A stretch of DNA of 64,000 bases. Origin: a virus. Below, in pieces: positions 23,558 through 33,557 of this stretch. Below the pieces are notes generated by a model. It searched no databases. It worked only from the letters and a program-made list of their open reading frames with translations, and was not told the DNA's origin. Each line of letters begins with the position of its first letter. Positions within the stretch are counted from its first letter, which is position 1. A program made the translations under genes and the position numbers. Location: positions 1 through 64,000 of the IMG/VR virus record IMGVR_UViG_3300043539_002606. One strand, written 5' to 3'.

Positions 23558-25038
23558 ATCTTAACTGTATATATTTTGTAATTAAAGCCTTCTTTATCAT
23601 AGATAGCAACACGCTCTGCTCCATGCTTTAGGCTGAAGTTTTTCTTTTTCTTCCATGAGAAGTTATCGCTAATATCATAGACAGTGGTAGCTTGACCATT
23701 ATCGCTCAATCGCAGGCCACGACCAATGCTTTGTAGAATTTTAATTTGGCTTTTGGTTGGTGCTGCAAAAATAATATTATGCAAATTGCGTATATTAATG
23801 CCTGTGCTAAAAGTAGCGCTGCTCGCAACAATAACTGCATTTGACTCGCTCTCTACTTCTCCACGTACTTTTTCGCGAACATCTGTATCTGTTTCACCAC
23901 TGACATAATAGATCTTACGATCTGGCTCCGCTGCAACCAATGCAGCATGCAACGGCTTGCCATGTTTTACTACATAGTTGAAAATTACAAGTGTATTGCC
24001 TTTGAGGCCTCGAGCAAGATTAACAATAAACCTATTGCGGGCAGAATGAGAAATAATCACATCAATCTCGCTAGCATAATCAAGCTTGCTTACTGCCTTT
24101 TTAACTTCATCATCATAATCAAGCACGATGCAGTGTATATTCAACTCTGCAAGTGTCTTGCTCTCCATAAGAGCCTTTGTTGTTGTGACTTTAAATATTG
24201 GCCCAAAATGTCCAACAAGCACACGCTCATTGCATTTGCTGCCATCAAGTGTGCCCGTTGTGCCAATGCGATAGCTTGCATTGGTCAGTGTATTCATAAT
24301 TGTATTGAGACTCTTTGCTTTAAACTGATGTGCTTCATCCCCAACAATCATGCCATATTTTTTGAACCAACTTTCAGGACATGTGATTGCACTCTGCCAT
24401 GTTGTGATTGTCACTCGTGTGCCAGCAACTTCTTTTTCTTTGCCGCTATAGATGCGATGCACTAGTTTTTCAGAATCAAATTCATTATCATGAGTGCTAT
24501 AGTCTGCAAAATCGCTGGCTAGCTGTTCAACAAGACTGGTCGTTGGCACAACAACTAGTGCCTTTTCAGTCTCATGATCAATATACCAACGCAGCAGCAT
24601 ATAAATGATCAAGCTCTTGCCGCTGCCAGTTGGACTCAAGACAAGTGTTCTGCCGCTTGTCAAGCTTTGTACAACTGCTTCAACCTGATAATCATGTGGT
24701 GTTATGCTATTTCCACGAGCAGATAGATTTAATTTTGAAATATAGTCAATCACCTCTTGACGAGATGGCAAAGGAGCTCGCAAGCTGTCATCATAATCAA
24801 CTGCATAGCCTCGTTCTTTTGCAAATTTTGCTAGCTCACCAATCAAGCCATAAGGCAGTGTATGCGATCTTAAATTAAACAATCTGATTTTGCCATCCCA
24901 GAGTTTATTACGATATGCAGGAATAAACTTATAGCCTTCTGCATAAAACGTAAAATGCTCACCAAGCTCCATGAGTGCACCAGTATCGGCGCTTCTCACA
25001 AAGATCTCTGCTTCATTCTTTTTACTTAGTTTAAACAC
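23554..25038 (-). CDS. uvsW: SF2 DNA/RNA-DNA helicase (probable GTG start at 25038)
   Basis: WDGKIRLF, SPTGSGKS, DEAH, GTTGT and QSIGRGLR motifs. Confidence 0.96.
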   Translation of the reverse strand: MFKLSKKNEAEIFVRSADTGALMELGEHFTFYAEGYKFIPAYRNKLWDGKIRLFNLRSHTLPYGLIGELAKFAKERGYAVDYDDSLRAPLPSRQEVIDYISKLNLSARGNSITPHDYQVEAVVQSLTSGRTLVLSPTGSGKSLIIYMLLRWYIDHETEKALVVVPTTSLVEQLASDFADYSTHDNEFDSEKLVHRIYSGKEKEVAGTRVTITTWQSAITCPESWFKKYGMIVGDEAHQFKAKSLNTIMNTLTNASYRIGTTGTLDGSKCNERVLVGHFGPIFKVTTTKALMESKTLAELNIHCIVLDYDDEVKKAVSKLDYASEIDVIISHSARNRFIVNLARGLKGNTLVIFNYVVKHGKPLHAALVAAEPDRKIYYVSGETDTDVREKVRGEVESESNAVIVASSATFSTGINIRNLHNIIFAAPTKSQIKILQSIGRGLRLSDNGQATTVYDISDNFSWKKKKNFSLKHGAERVAIYDKEGFNYKIYTVKI

Positions 25039-25477
25039 CTGCTTGGAATCTCTTAAAGTCAATAATGTTCTTGATTGTTTGATGTCTCCAACGCAACGTA
25101 TCAAGTATTTCTTTGCATGTATCAACATACACACCTATATATTCACATGCCATTTTGCACTCACTGATGTCAGTGTCTGTGTTATAATACATATCCATAT
25201 CACCCTTAAGTGGTTTATTCATGCCATGAAATGGATCATATATCCAGCCTCGCGCATCCATTTCATCCTTTGTCATTTTGCCATTATAATAGAGCCACTT
25301 ATCTTTTTTAAGTATGGCAAGATCAAGCTCTTTCTTTTTTAATCTCAGTTTGGCAACTGTATGGAATTCAAGATATTTGCTATGCAGCATTGCACCTCGT
25401 AAGGTTGTTTCATCAAGCGCATGCTCACTAATCTTTGAATCATTTGCCCATTGTTTTAATAGCTCTTCGACATCCAT
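25031..25477 (-). CDS. uvsY: Recombination mediator
   Basis: LHSKYL, KWLYYNGK and IKNIIDFKRFQAG motifs; gp3-uvsY-uvsW synteny. Confidence 0.9.
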   Translation of the reverse strand: MDVEELLKQWANDSKISEHALDETTLRGAMLHSKYLEFHTVAKLRLKKKELDLAILKKDKWLYYNGKMTKDEMDARGWIYDPFHGMNKPLKGDMDMYYNTDTDISECKMACEYIGVYVDTCKEILDTLRWRHQTIKNIIDFKRFQAGV

Positions 25478-25485
25478 GAATTTAT

Positions 25486-25944
25486 CTATACAAGATCAAA
25501 TTCGTCATAACTGAAACTTATGTCAAAGCTAGCATAGCCTGGCTCACCACTGCTATTAAATTCAATTGAGCTCAAACTGGTTGGAAATGCATTTGCAAAT
25601 CGAAAGCCGCGACTAACATTAAAATGGCTTGTTAGAGTCTCAATAGTGATATCAGTTGTTTTAATATCTGGTCCATCCTTTGCATTATGTTTAAGCCATG
25701 AGAAGCATTCGAGATATGCTGTCATCTTTTCATCACAAAGCAGTGTACAATTAAGAGCATCATATGTCAGGCTATTTCCAGGTGTAAATCCAGGCAAATT
25801 TCGATATTTAGTCGATATGGCTTCGCTCGAAACACCAGGTAAAGTAACACTAGTTGCAAAAAATGACAACTTTGGAAATTCATTTGTTCCGCCAATTATC
25901 ACGCGAAATTGACTATTGGCTAATAGGCTATTATCAATGCTCAT
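25486..25944 (-). CDS. gp3: Tail completion / tube terminator protein
   Basis: SVTLPGVS, LCDEKMTAY.E...W and NAFPTSLS motifs; position after gp23; CATAAATA 5 nt upstream. Confidence 0.85.
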   Translation of the reverse strand: MSIDNSLLANSQFRVIIGGTNEFPKLSFFATSVTLPGVSSEAISTKYRNLPGFTPGNSLTYDALNCTLLCDEKMTAYLECFSWLKHNAKDGPDIKTTDITIETLTSHFNVSRGFRFANAFPTSLSSIEFNSSGEPGYASFDISFSYDEFDLV

Positions 25945-25959
25945 GACTATATTTATGCA

Positions 25960-25990
25960 AAATAAAGCAGGGGAGCCGTAGCTCCCCTGC
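25960..25990 (-). terminator. Terminator after the major capsid gene
   Basis: GCAGGGGAGC-TACG-GCTCCCCTGC followed by TTTATTTT. Confidence 0.85.
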
Positions 25991-26026
25991 TGGGTTTCGT
26001 CCTAAGGTAAATGGACGTTAAGTTAA

Positions 26027-27337
26027 TTAGAATCCGTATTGACCGGAGAAGTTAGGCTCACCGCTGTTGATGTTAGTCACGCTAAAGTTACGGAAGTAAA
26101 CGTTAGAATTTTCAGTGATTGCACCAAGAGTGTTTGTTGGACCAGAACCTGCGCTGAATGGGTTAGCAACTAGACCGTAACGAGTCTTGAAGCCAATTTT
26201 TGGCTGGAAGCTTGCTTGGTCAACTGCACGAACCATAGTAAGTGGTACATATGGGCAGTAGTAGATACCTGCGTCATAAGCATTCGAACCTTTGAAACCA
26301 ACAGTGATATAATCAGCTGTGCTATAAGGGTCGATGAATACTTTAAGACGGCCATTGATGATACCAGCAAATGTGTTGCCAGTGTCGTCAACGTTAAGGC
26401 TTGTTGACAATGCTGGAGCATAGTCAAGTACACCTGCTGCTGCAAGAGCGCTAGCTACGTTGCTTGAGCAGATAACGAAGTTACCTTTACCACGACGTGT
26501 TGCTTTAGCAATCGCGTTAGCTTCTTTTTCAATTTGGAAAAGAAGAGACTTGAATTTTTCAACAGCCCAACGACCGTCTGCATCAACTGCAAGGTCAAAG
26601 TCACCGCTGATACCACCTGTGCTAGCAGACCAGTTGATCTTGTTGATAACCTCACGGTTGATTTCAGCAAGAATTTCTGTGCTCAAGATGTTAGCAAGTT
26701 CAGTTTCAGCGTCAAGGCCGTGAACACTCTTAAGGTCTTGTGCAAGCTCCATTGAGTATTCAGCTTTAAGCTGACGAGTTTTAGCTTCAACAATGCATTT
26801 TTCGATTGTGAAACCCATTTCGCCTGAAATGTTACCTTCACCAGCAGAACGCTCAAGGCCTTGACCAGTTGGTGTACCGGATGTACCAGAGAATGCGGTG
26901 TTAGCTTCATTGAAAAGCGCTTCTGGGTTATTAGCGTTACCACCAGTTGATTGAGTTGCGTCAAGACCATCACCTTTTCCTGCTGCGTCATGGCTATTGT
27001 AACGAGACTTCATCGCAAAGATAAGACCTGTTGGTCCTGTCATTGGCTGAACGCCAGCTACGTCATAAGCGATAAGGTTAGGCATCGCGCGGCGTACAAG
27101 GCTGATGAGAACTGGATCCCAGCGATCAACACCTGCACCTTGATAGTTACCGCCTTGGGCGCTAACATCAGTTTCAGTTAGGTATTGTGCTTGTTCGCGA
27201 GCCTCACGAGCTGCTTTTTGTTGGTTTTCCAAAAGAACAGCAGTTACACTCTTACGATATGTGTCTGCGAATTTTGGTGCGTCGGCAGCCTCAAGAATAG
27301 GTGCCCATTTTTTTTCTAGTGCTTCTGATTTAAACAT
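26027..27337 (-). CDS. gp23: Major capsid protein
   Basis: LISLVRRAMPNLIAYDVAGVQPMTGPTGLIFAM, LKAEYSMELAQDLK and FQPKIGFKTRYG motifs. Confidence 0.99.
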   Translation of the reverse strand: MFKSEALEKKWAPILEAADAPKFADTYRKSVTAVLLENQQKAAREAREQAQYLTETDVSAQGGNYQGAGVDRWDPVLISLVRRAMPNLIAYDVAGVQPMTGPTGLIFAMKSRYNSHDAAGKGDGLDATQSTGGNANNPEALFNEANTAFSGTSGTPTGQGLERSAGEGNISGEMGFTIEKCIVEAKTRQLKAEYSMELAQDLKSVHGLDAETELANILSTEILAEINREVINKINWSASTGGISGDFDLAVDADGRWAVEKFKSLLFQIEKEANAIAKATRRGKGNFVICSSNVASALAAAGVLDYAPALSTSLNVDDTGNTFAGIINGRLKVFIDPYSTADYITVGFKGSNAYDAGIYYCPYVPLTMVRAVDQASFQPKIGFKTRYGLVANPFSAGSGPTNTLGAITENSNVYFRNFSVTNINSGEPNFSGQYGF

Positions 27338-27366
27338 AGTAGTTATTTTGTTTTTTAGTTTGGGAA

Positions 27367-28506
27367 TTAGTAAGTAACGCTTTTATTCATTGCGTTAAGT
27401 GCTTTTAGGTATTGTGACATCTCAGGATCAAGTTTAGTTTGTTCTAAAATTTGGCCTTCGACGATTGTTTCAATTTCAGAATCTTCGTATTCGGAAGTTT
27501 CTTCGGTTAGAGTTTTCTTTGTTTTATTCTTTGAACTCTTGTTCGTAAAATAAAACTCTTTAAGGGTTTTAACCTTATCTGCAAATGTGTTTTCACTTGT
27601 AAATTCAACGCTCTCTGCAAGCTTCTTCAAACGAAGTGCTTCAGTTTGTGTCAAATCTTCGCATGCTTCTTCAATTGCTTTTGCGCGAGATAGATCTTCT
27701 ACTTTTTCAACAAGACCGCCAAGTAGTTCAAGTGATCGACCAAGTTTGGTTTCAACCTCTTGTTTTTCCTCTTCAAGTTTTGCGAATAGGTCAAGCTTGC
27801 TAGCTGGAACTTCAACATAGCTTTCAGTGAAGAGAGTCTTCAATGAGCCCATGAAGTTTTCAGCAATCTCTGTACGAAGGCTGCTTTCAATTGCAACTTG
27901 ATTTTCTTTCATCCATTGCTGTACAGCATAGGTGAGATAGCCATCAATTTGCTCTGTAAGAGAGTCTTCAACAAATGATACTGCTTCTTCTAGACGACGA
28001 GTGTAAGATTTTTTAAGACCTTCTCTAATGGTGCGAAGTTGTGATTTAACCTCAGCTTCGAAAATAAGGGCAGCTTTGCTCTTAAATTCTTCAGTAAGAC
28101 CAGCTTCACTTTCGATTAGATTGCTAACGTTAGTAAGATCGACTTTGAAGTTTTCATATTGTTCTTCAACTTCTTCCTCATCTTCTTCCTCATCTTCGTC
28201 TTCTTCTTTAGATTCGCCTTCAGACTTCATTTCGTCCTCGTCTTCTTCTTCAGATTCTTCTTCAGATTCTTCTTCATCTTCGCCTTCAGACATGTCATAA
28301 TCACAGGAAGCTTCATCAACTTCTTCCTCATCTTCTTTGTCTTCGCCTTCAGACTTCATTTCATCTTCGTCCTCGTCTTCTTCAAGATCATCTTCGTCCT
28401 CATCGCGCGCTTCTTCCTGAGACTGATAGTCGGACTCATCAAGAGCGAGCAAATCAGAATCAACAATATCTTCGATAAGATCTTTTAGTTTTGATTTTTG
28501 TTTCAT
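27367..28506 (-). CDS. gp22: Prohead core scaffold protein with a long acidic N-terminal tract
   Basis: LTEEFKSKAALIFEA, IDGYLTY...WMKEN and FTESYVEVP motifs. Confidence 0.93.
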   Translation of the reverse strand: MKQKSKLKDLIEDIVDSDLLALDESDYQSQEEARDEDEDDLEEDEDEDEMKSEGEDKEDEEEVDEASCDYDMSEGEDEEESEEESEEEDEDEMKSEGESKEEDEDEEEDEEEVEEQYENFKVDLTNVSNLIESEAGLTEEFKSKAALIFEAEVKSQLRTIREGLKKSYTRRLEEAVSFVEDSLTEQIDGYLTYAVQQWMKENQVAIESSLRTEIAENFMGSLKTLFTESYVEVPASKLDLFAKLEEEKQEVETKLGRSLELLGGLVEKVEDLSRAKAIEEACEDLTQTEALRLKKLAESVEFTSENTFADKVKTLKEFYFTNKSSKNKTKKTLTEETSEYEDSEIETIVEGQILEQTKLDPEMSQYLKALNAMNKSVTY

Positions 28507-28594
28507 CTATTTTGTTTTCGTTGTTGAGAGGAGGTTTATCCTCAGTCTCACATTTTCACCTTTCCCATACTAAATTCAAATAATCCATAATATA

Positions 28595-29248
28595 TTAAAA
28601 CTTGACTGAAATTTCAGTCAAGAAATCTTTGAAAATTTTAGCTTGCTGTTCAACAAGTTGTTTCTTATTAAGCTTTTTAATTTTTTTAACTGCTTGTTCT
28701 GCAGCAACAGCAACAATCTCGTTGCCTTTATAGAAATATTCAACGCCTTCCATGATGCCATTAACAAATGCACTTGGTGCGCTTGGATCCTGTACAATAT
28801 CAACTGTAGCAAGAATAAAGTCGTCATTAACTTTACTTGTGCCTTCAGTTTGACTAACACTGCCCATACCTCGGCTTGATACACCGAGCTGACAACCACC
28901 TTCAAGTAAACCTTTTGCGATGTTGCCCATAGGTGTGTTTAGGATAAGAGCTTTGCCATAGACATCGTTTTTATCCCAACGCAATTCAGTGATGCGGTGA
29001 CTTACTTTATCGAGATTAATTGCTGGACCTTCGGGGTGATTAAGCTCACCAACTGCACGGCCTTTTGAAACATATTCTTTTACATAACGATCAACAGCAG
29101 ACTCAAGAACCGCTTTAGGATAGATTCGTCCATTGCGATTTTTTTGCTCTGCTTGCATGAAAATACCTTCGATGATATATTTCTTATCACCCTTCTCACC
29201 TTCAGTAAGAAACTTAATATTTTCGTTATGTTCAGTAATTAACTTCAT
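28595..29248 (-). CDS. gp21: Prohead protease
   Basis: IEGIFMQ, NRNGRIYP, GELNHP, GVSSRGMGS and DPSAPSAFV motifs; TATAAATA at 29259-29266. Confidence 0.97.
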   Translation of the reverse strand: MKLITEHNENIKFLTEGEKGDKKYIIEGIFMQAEQKNRNGRIYPKAVLESAVDRYVKEYVSKGRAVGELNHPEGPAINLDKVSHRITELRWDKNDVYGKALILNTPMGNIAKGLLEGGCQLGVSSRGMGSVSQTEGTSKVNDDFILATVDIVQDPSAPSAFVNGIMEGVEYFYKGNEIVAVAAEQAVKKIKKLNKKQLVEQQAKIFKDFLTEISVKF

Positions 29249-29278
29249 CTCTGATCTTTATTTATATAAAATCACTTT

Positions 29279-29434
29279 TCAACTTTCACTGTTGAAAACT
29301 TTATTTGCAACTTCAACTCTTTGTTGATCAATCGCAACTGCAATTTTATCCTTTAGGATTTGATCAAGACGCAAATTAGCAATCTCCATCTTATTATCCT
29401 GCACATCATGTATTAGACTCTTTACTTCGCTCAT
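29279..29434 (-). CDS. gp67: Small prohead core protein (gp67-like), 51 aa, not in the ORF track
   Basis: Manual translation MSEVKSLIHDVQDNKMEIANLRLDQILKDKIAVAIDQQRVEVANKVFNSES; lies between portal and protease. Confidence 0.7.
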   Translation of the reverse strand: MSEVKSLIHDVQDNKMEIANLRLDQILKDKIAVAIDQQRVEVANKVFNSES

Positions 29435-29457
29435 AACTTTTTATTTATTTGTTTAAT

Positions 29458-31062
29458 TTATGCTTCTTCTGGAGGAGCTTCATCCGCCGGTTCTTCTTCA
29501 GCACCGGCATCAATTTCAGGCTCAGGAGATTCATCTGCTCCAAAATCCATGCCGCTATCACCTCCAAAGTCATCAGCCGACGGCTCTTCTTTTTTACCTC
29601 CAGCTTTTGCTTCAGCATTTTCGCTATCCATACGCTCAATATCTTCATCGCTTTGATTGAGAATATTGCTGCGTACCCATTTTTCGCTATAATATTTTCC
29701 AATATATTGTTCAATGCTGCTTAATACTTCAAGACGATCTTTAATAATCTCGAACTCTTTAATCTCACTGAAATAGTTGTCTTCAATAAAGTCAACACTA
29801 ATATTCTCGCGAATGATTTTCCATTCTTCAGGTGTGCAAACATTTTTTAGGATGCATTGTACACGCAGTGCATTAATAAAGAGCAAGCTAAATTTGCGGC
29901 GCAGTTTATTAACGAATTTCTGAAACTTAACCTCTTCACGAGTAATCTCAGAGACACGACCAATGTTATAGGCATTATCAGCATCAAGACGACCAGCTGG
30001 TACGTTAAGAGCTCTATATAGTTTTTTCTGGAAAAAGACGATATCTTCAATCTGACCCAAGTTTTCTCCACCTGGCAATGTTTGAATCTCTGTGCCTCTG
30101 CCGCCTTCGCGACGTGGCAACCAGAAATCCTCCATGATATTCATGCTCTTGCGATCTTCTCGAACTTCACCGCTGCTAGCATCATATACAAGCTTGTTTT
30201 TATATTTGCCCATGATGCCTTGCACATATTCTTCAGCTTTGCCTTTTGGCAAGTTGCCTACATCAATATAAAAGATACGACGTTCTGGTGCACGAGAGAT
30301 ACGATAGATAACCAAGCTATCCTCCATGATACGCAACTGATTCACAAGCTTAATGCACTTATGCAAATAGCTAATTGAAAACGCTCCGCTCTCATCAAGC
30401 AAGCCGCTTGGCACATAACATATGCTATCAACGTGAATTTTTAATGCATCGCTGCTAGTATGAATGTCTTCAGTATAGAGATAATATTCATCACTAACAA
30501 ACTTAACGCGAGTGCCAGTTTCTTTGTTTGTTCGAGTTGTTACCTCTTTGACTTTTTTCATTTTAAGAGGGTCAATGAGACGCATCTCTTGAACACCTTT
30601 TTCAACTTTTTCATTATCAACAACAAGGTGATAATAGAGTTTGCCGTCAACATACCAACGGCGGAAAATATCATGGCCATCAAAGTTGAAGTTTAGCATC
30701 TTAACGATGTTATCAAACTCATCGCGTAATCGATTTTTAATTTCATCAGGATAGTCAAGACTATCAAGCGTTAGTGTAACTGGTGTTTTATCGCTATCAC
30801 TAATAATTGCTGCATTAACAATATCGCTAACAGCAAGGTCACACTCAGGTTGAGCAGCTGCCATACGATATTTTAGGATAAGACCTTTTTCATCGTTGAC
30901 ATTAATGTCATCCATATTCAACACATGCCCATAATAAGCACTTGTCATGCTGCCATTGATTTCAATGGTGCCGTCAGTTGAAATTGGGGTAGAAAAGCCT
31001 TCTATTGTTTTTGACTTTCCAGCTTCTACAGCTTTACCTATTTCGAATCCAAAAATCTTCAT
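29458..31062 (-). CDS. gp20: Portal vertex protein
   Basis: FRRWYVDG, IYRISRAPERRIFYIDVGNLPK and EDFWLPRREGGRGTEI motifs. Confidence 0.98.
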   Translation of the reverse strand: MKIFGFEIGKAVEAGKSKTIEGFSTPISTDGTIEINGSMTSAYYGHVLNMDDINVNDEKGLILKYRMAAAQPECDLAVSDIVNAAIISDSDKTPVTLTLDSLDYPDEIKNRLRDEFDNIVKMLNFNFDGHDIFRRWYVDGKLYYHLVVDNEKVEKGVQEMRLIDPLKMKKVKEVTTRTNKETGTRVKFVSDEYYLYTEDIHTSSDALKIHVDSICYVPSGLLDESGAFSISYLHKCIKLVNQLRIMEDSLVIYRISRAPERRIFYIDVGNLPKGKAEEYVQGIMGKYKNKLVYDASSGEVREDRKSMNIMEDFWLPRREGGRGTEIQTLPGGENLGQIEDIVFFQKKLYRALNVPAGRLDADNAYNIGRVSEITREEVKFQKFVNKLRRKFSLLFINALRVQCILKNVCTPEEWKIIRENISVDFIEDNYFSEIKEFEIIKDRLEVLSSIEQYIGKYYSEKWVRSNILNQSDEDIERMDSENAEAKAGGKKEEPSADDFGGDSGMDFGADESPEPEIDAGAEEEPADEAPPEEA

Positions 31063-31072
31063 AAAGTATATA

Positions 31073-31096
31073 TGCGGGGGTTTTTCAACCCCCGCA
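31073..31096. terminator. Stem-loop after the tail tube gene
   Basis: TGCGGGGGTT-TTTC-AACCCCCGCA. Confidence 0.7.
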
Positions 31097-31112
31097 GTAG
31101 AATATCATTTAA

Positions 31113-31673
31113 TTAGTCAGTAATAACTTCGTTACCAACTCTTTCCCAGTATTGATATGCAAATTCAACTTCGAAAGTTTCAACTTCGTCAGTTTCATAG
31201 CTAAGCTCAATTGCATTAACATTAACAGGAAACGCGTCGATAAAACGATATTGAGCAATGCCAATATCTTCACTACGACCGCTCTTATCAAGCTGTACTA
31301 CTTGCAAATCACGCATATAATTCAATGGTGCACCAACTGCAGCATCAGCCGCAAAGTTACGGCTGTGAGAGTTAATGCTATTCATCCATTTTTCAAATGC
31401 GTTACGCAAATCGAAACTTGTGTCGTTATATACTGTTACTGTCCAGTTGTCTTCAAATGTACGTTCACCTGCAACCTTTAGATTACGACCACGATATGGC
31501 ACGTCAATCTTTGTGATTGTGCTAGCAGGAATGCTAGCAGCTTTAATCATAAAGCTTGCTCTACGGGTTGTGTTTGTATTTCCAGCGATACTTGGAAAGT
31601 CAACTACACACTTGAATAGGTTTGGTCTTGCTCCTCCGGCAAAATTACTTTTAAATTGAGAAATATTACTCAT
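31113..31673 (-). CDS. gp19: Tail tube protein
   Basis: GGARPNLF, GRNLKVAGERTF, WTVTVYND and FEVEFAYQYW motifs. Confidence 0.96.
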   Translation of the reverse strand: MSNISQFKSNFAGGARPNLFKCVVDFPSIAGNTNTTRRASFMIKAASIPASTITKIDVPYRGRNLKVAGERTFEDNWTVTVYNDTSFDLRNAFEKWMNSINSHSRNFAADAAVGAPLNYMRDLQVVQLDKSGRSEDIGIAQYRFIDAFPVNVNAIELSYETDEVETFEVEFAYQYWERVGNEVITD

Positions 31674-31698
31674 AGTTCTTTATTGTTTTCTTTGTTAT

Positions 31699-33474
31699 TT
31701 ATAGTGTGCTTGTTCCAATTACTTCTTCAAACGATACACCTGTGCGAACAGCTACAAAGTTTAGAGTGATATAGTTAATGCTCTTAGATGGCTTGATAAA
31801 GATCGTACCAACAAATCGATTGTTATCAACAACTTCAGATGTGTTATTGCTTTCATCGCAAATTACTCTAAAGTCAATGATGCCTCTACGACCTTGAACT
31901 TCACGGAGATATGGCTCAACTGCATTTCTGAATGCTGCACGAGTAAATTCGTCGTTAAGTTCGAATAGCAAGAATTTACTTGCTGTAGCAATTGCCTTTT
32001 CAATTGTAATAAAGAGGCGGCGAACGTTGATGCGGTCAAACGCACCAGGTTTAGCTTGCGCTGTTTTATCACCAAAGAGAACAATGCCATTACCTGGGCT
32101 GCTAACGATTGGATTAATACGTGCAGTGTATAGATCATCGCGATCAGTCTGTTTTGGATTATAAGCAAGTTTTGTTACACCCAATAGATTGCCTCTGTTG
32201 AATCCAGCAGGACTAAACCATGGATCAGCGAGACGATCTGTTTTGGCGCAAAGACCAGCCATATGTCCGCAAGCCGGAATCCAAACAAAAGCATCACGAT
32301 AACGGTTATAGACATAAACTGGAGTGCTATCAAATACAGTATAGCTATTTGCTCCACTAAGAGCACTGAATTTAGCTTTAACTGTTTCAAGCCTATCAGT
32401 AGATGAAGTAGCTATTGAAAGTGGTGCACTAATAAAAGCTAAACAATCGCGACGAGATGATGCAAGTTCAATAAGCTTATTATCTACTTGCAATTGAGTT
32501 GCTGTTACTGCAAAATTATGAGCAAACACAAAGTTAATATCAATTGATTCAGCATTTTGAAACTCGTCAATGGATGCTAATATAGTAGATTCAGAAAATG
32601 TAGTAGAATCAACTCCACCTTCAAAAAGATATGGACCGTCAAATAATTCAATAGTGAAATAATCAACATATGATGCTGATGTTAAACCATCTTTATCAGT
32701 TGTGAAGTTTACACCCCAAACATAACTTGAATTATTATTAAGAACATCAGCCCAATAGATTGATTGACCTGAAGTATTTTTTGCTGCAGTAAAGTAAGAA
32801 AGACCTTGATATACCTCAAGAACTTCTCCAGCAGTACCAGTAATAAGACCCAATCTATCATAAACAATAATTGTTAATTCATCATTTACTACAGTCTTAT
32901 TAAGTATACCTGCTTGATCGTCGCTCCAACCAGTAGAACTTGGATTATATGTTTTTGCTGATTTAATAGCCGCTGGTATTTCGATATCAGTTGTATTTGA
33001 ATCAATAACAAATACACTAATAGAATTTCCAAGTGCACCAGGGTAACGGGAAACAAATCTTATACGAGAGGCTTGAAGCGCACTTTGACTATTTGAAAGG
33101 TCACCAATATTATTAATATTAAGAGCTGGAGAAATGCCTGTGCCATTAGCAGTTTCACCGTAGCCATAACCAGCGGTAAAATCATTTGAACTATGAGCAT
33201 TTGAGCTGCCATCGGCTGTACGAACAACACGCAATGCGTTGCTATATTTCAAATAGCTTGCTGCTGTCATGAAACTAGTTTCATAATCTCCTGCACTTGT
33301 TGGTGCTCCGAATGTTCGTGCTAGTTCAGTTTCAGAACCGATGTTAACTGGTGTGTTAACTGGTCCCCATCTAAAAAACCCTGCAAAACCACCAACGCTT
33401 GTTGCTAGTGCGGGTATGATATTTGTCAAATCTGTTTCTTTGACTTCTACTCCAGGTGATATTAAAAATCCCAT
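31699..33474 (-). CDS. gp18: Tail sheath protein
   Basis: SPGVEVKETDLT, PWFSPAGFNRG and FDRINVRRLF motifs; SD-like GAAAGGA; TATAAATA at 33538-33545. Confidence 0.98.
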   Translation of the reverse strand: MGFLISPGVEVKETDLTNIIPALATSVGGFAGFFRWGPVNTPVNIGSETELARTFGAPTSAGDYETSFMTAASYLKYSNALRVVRTADGSSNAHSSNDFTAGYGYGETANGTGISPALNINNIGDLSNSQSALQASRIRFVSRYPGALGNSISVFVIDSNTTDIEIPAAIKSAKTYNPSSTGWSDDQAGILNKTVVNDELTIIVYDRLGLITGTAGEVLEVYQGLSYFTAAKNTSGQSIYWADVLNNNSSYVWGVNFTTDKDGLTSASYVDYFTIELFDGPYLFEGGVDSTTFSESTILASIDEFQNAESIDINFVFAHNFAVTATQLQVDNKLIELASSRRDCLAFISAPLSIATSSTDRLETVKAKFSALSGANSYTVFDSTPVYVYNRYRDAFVWIPACGHMAGLCAKTDRLADPWFSPAGFNRGNLLGVTKLAYNPKQTDRDDLYTARINPIVSSPGNGIVLFGDKTAQAKPGAFDRINVRRLFITIEKAIATASKFLLFELNDEFTRAAFRNAVEPYLREVQGRRGIIDFRVICDESNNTSEVVDNNRFVGTIFIKPSKSINYITLNFVAVRTGVSFEEVIGTSTL

Positions 33475-33557
33475 ATTTGTTTCCTTTCAGTTGTTGTTAA
33501 TAAGTTTATTGCATACTAAGTTTATGACTCACAAACTTATTTATAAATTATTCACTT

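Noticed and set aside
25039-25134. N-terminal extension of UvsW given in the ORF track (similar extensions on gp40, Nmad1, gp42, gp55 and the 15350 ORF)
   Set aside because: The extensions overlap upstream genes, promoters or hairpins; downstream starts fit better
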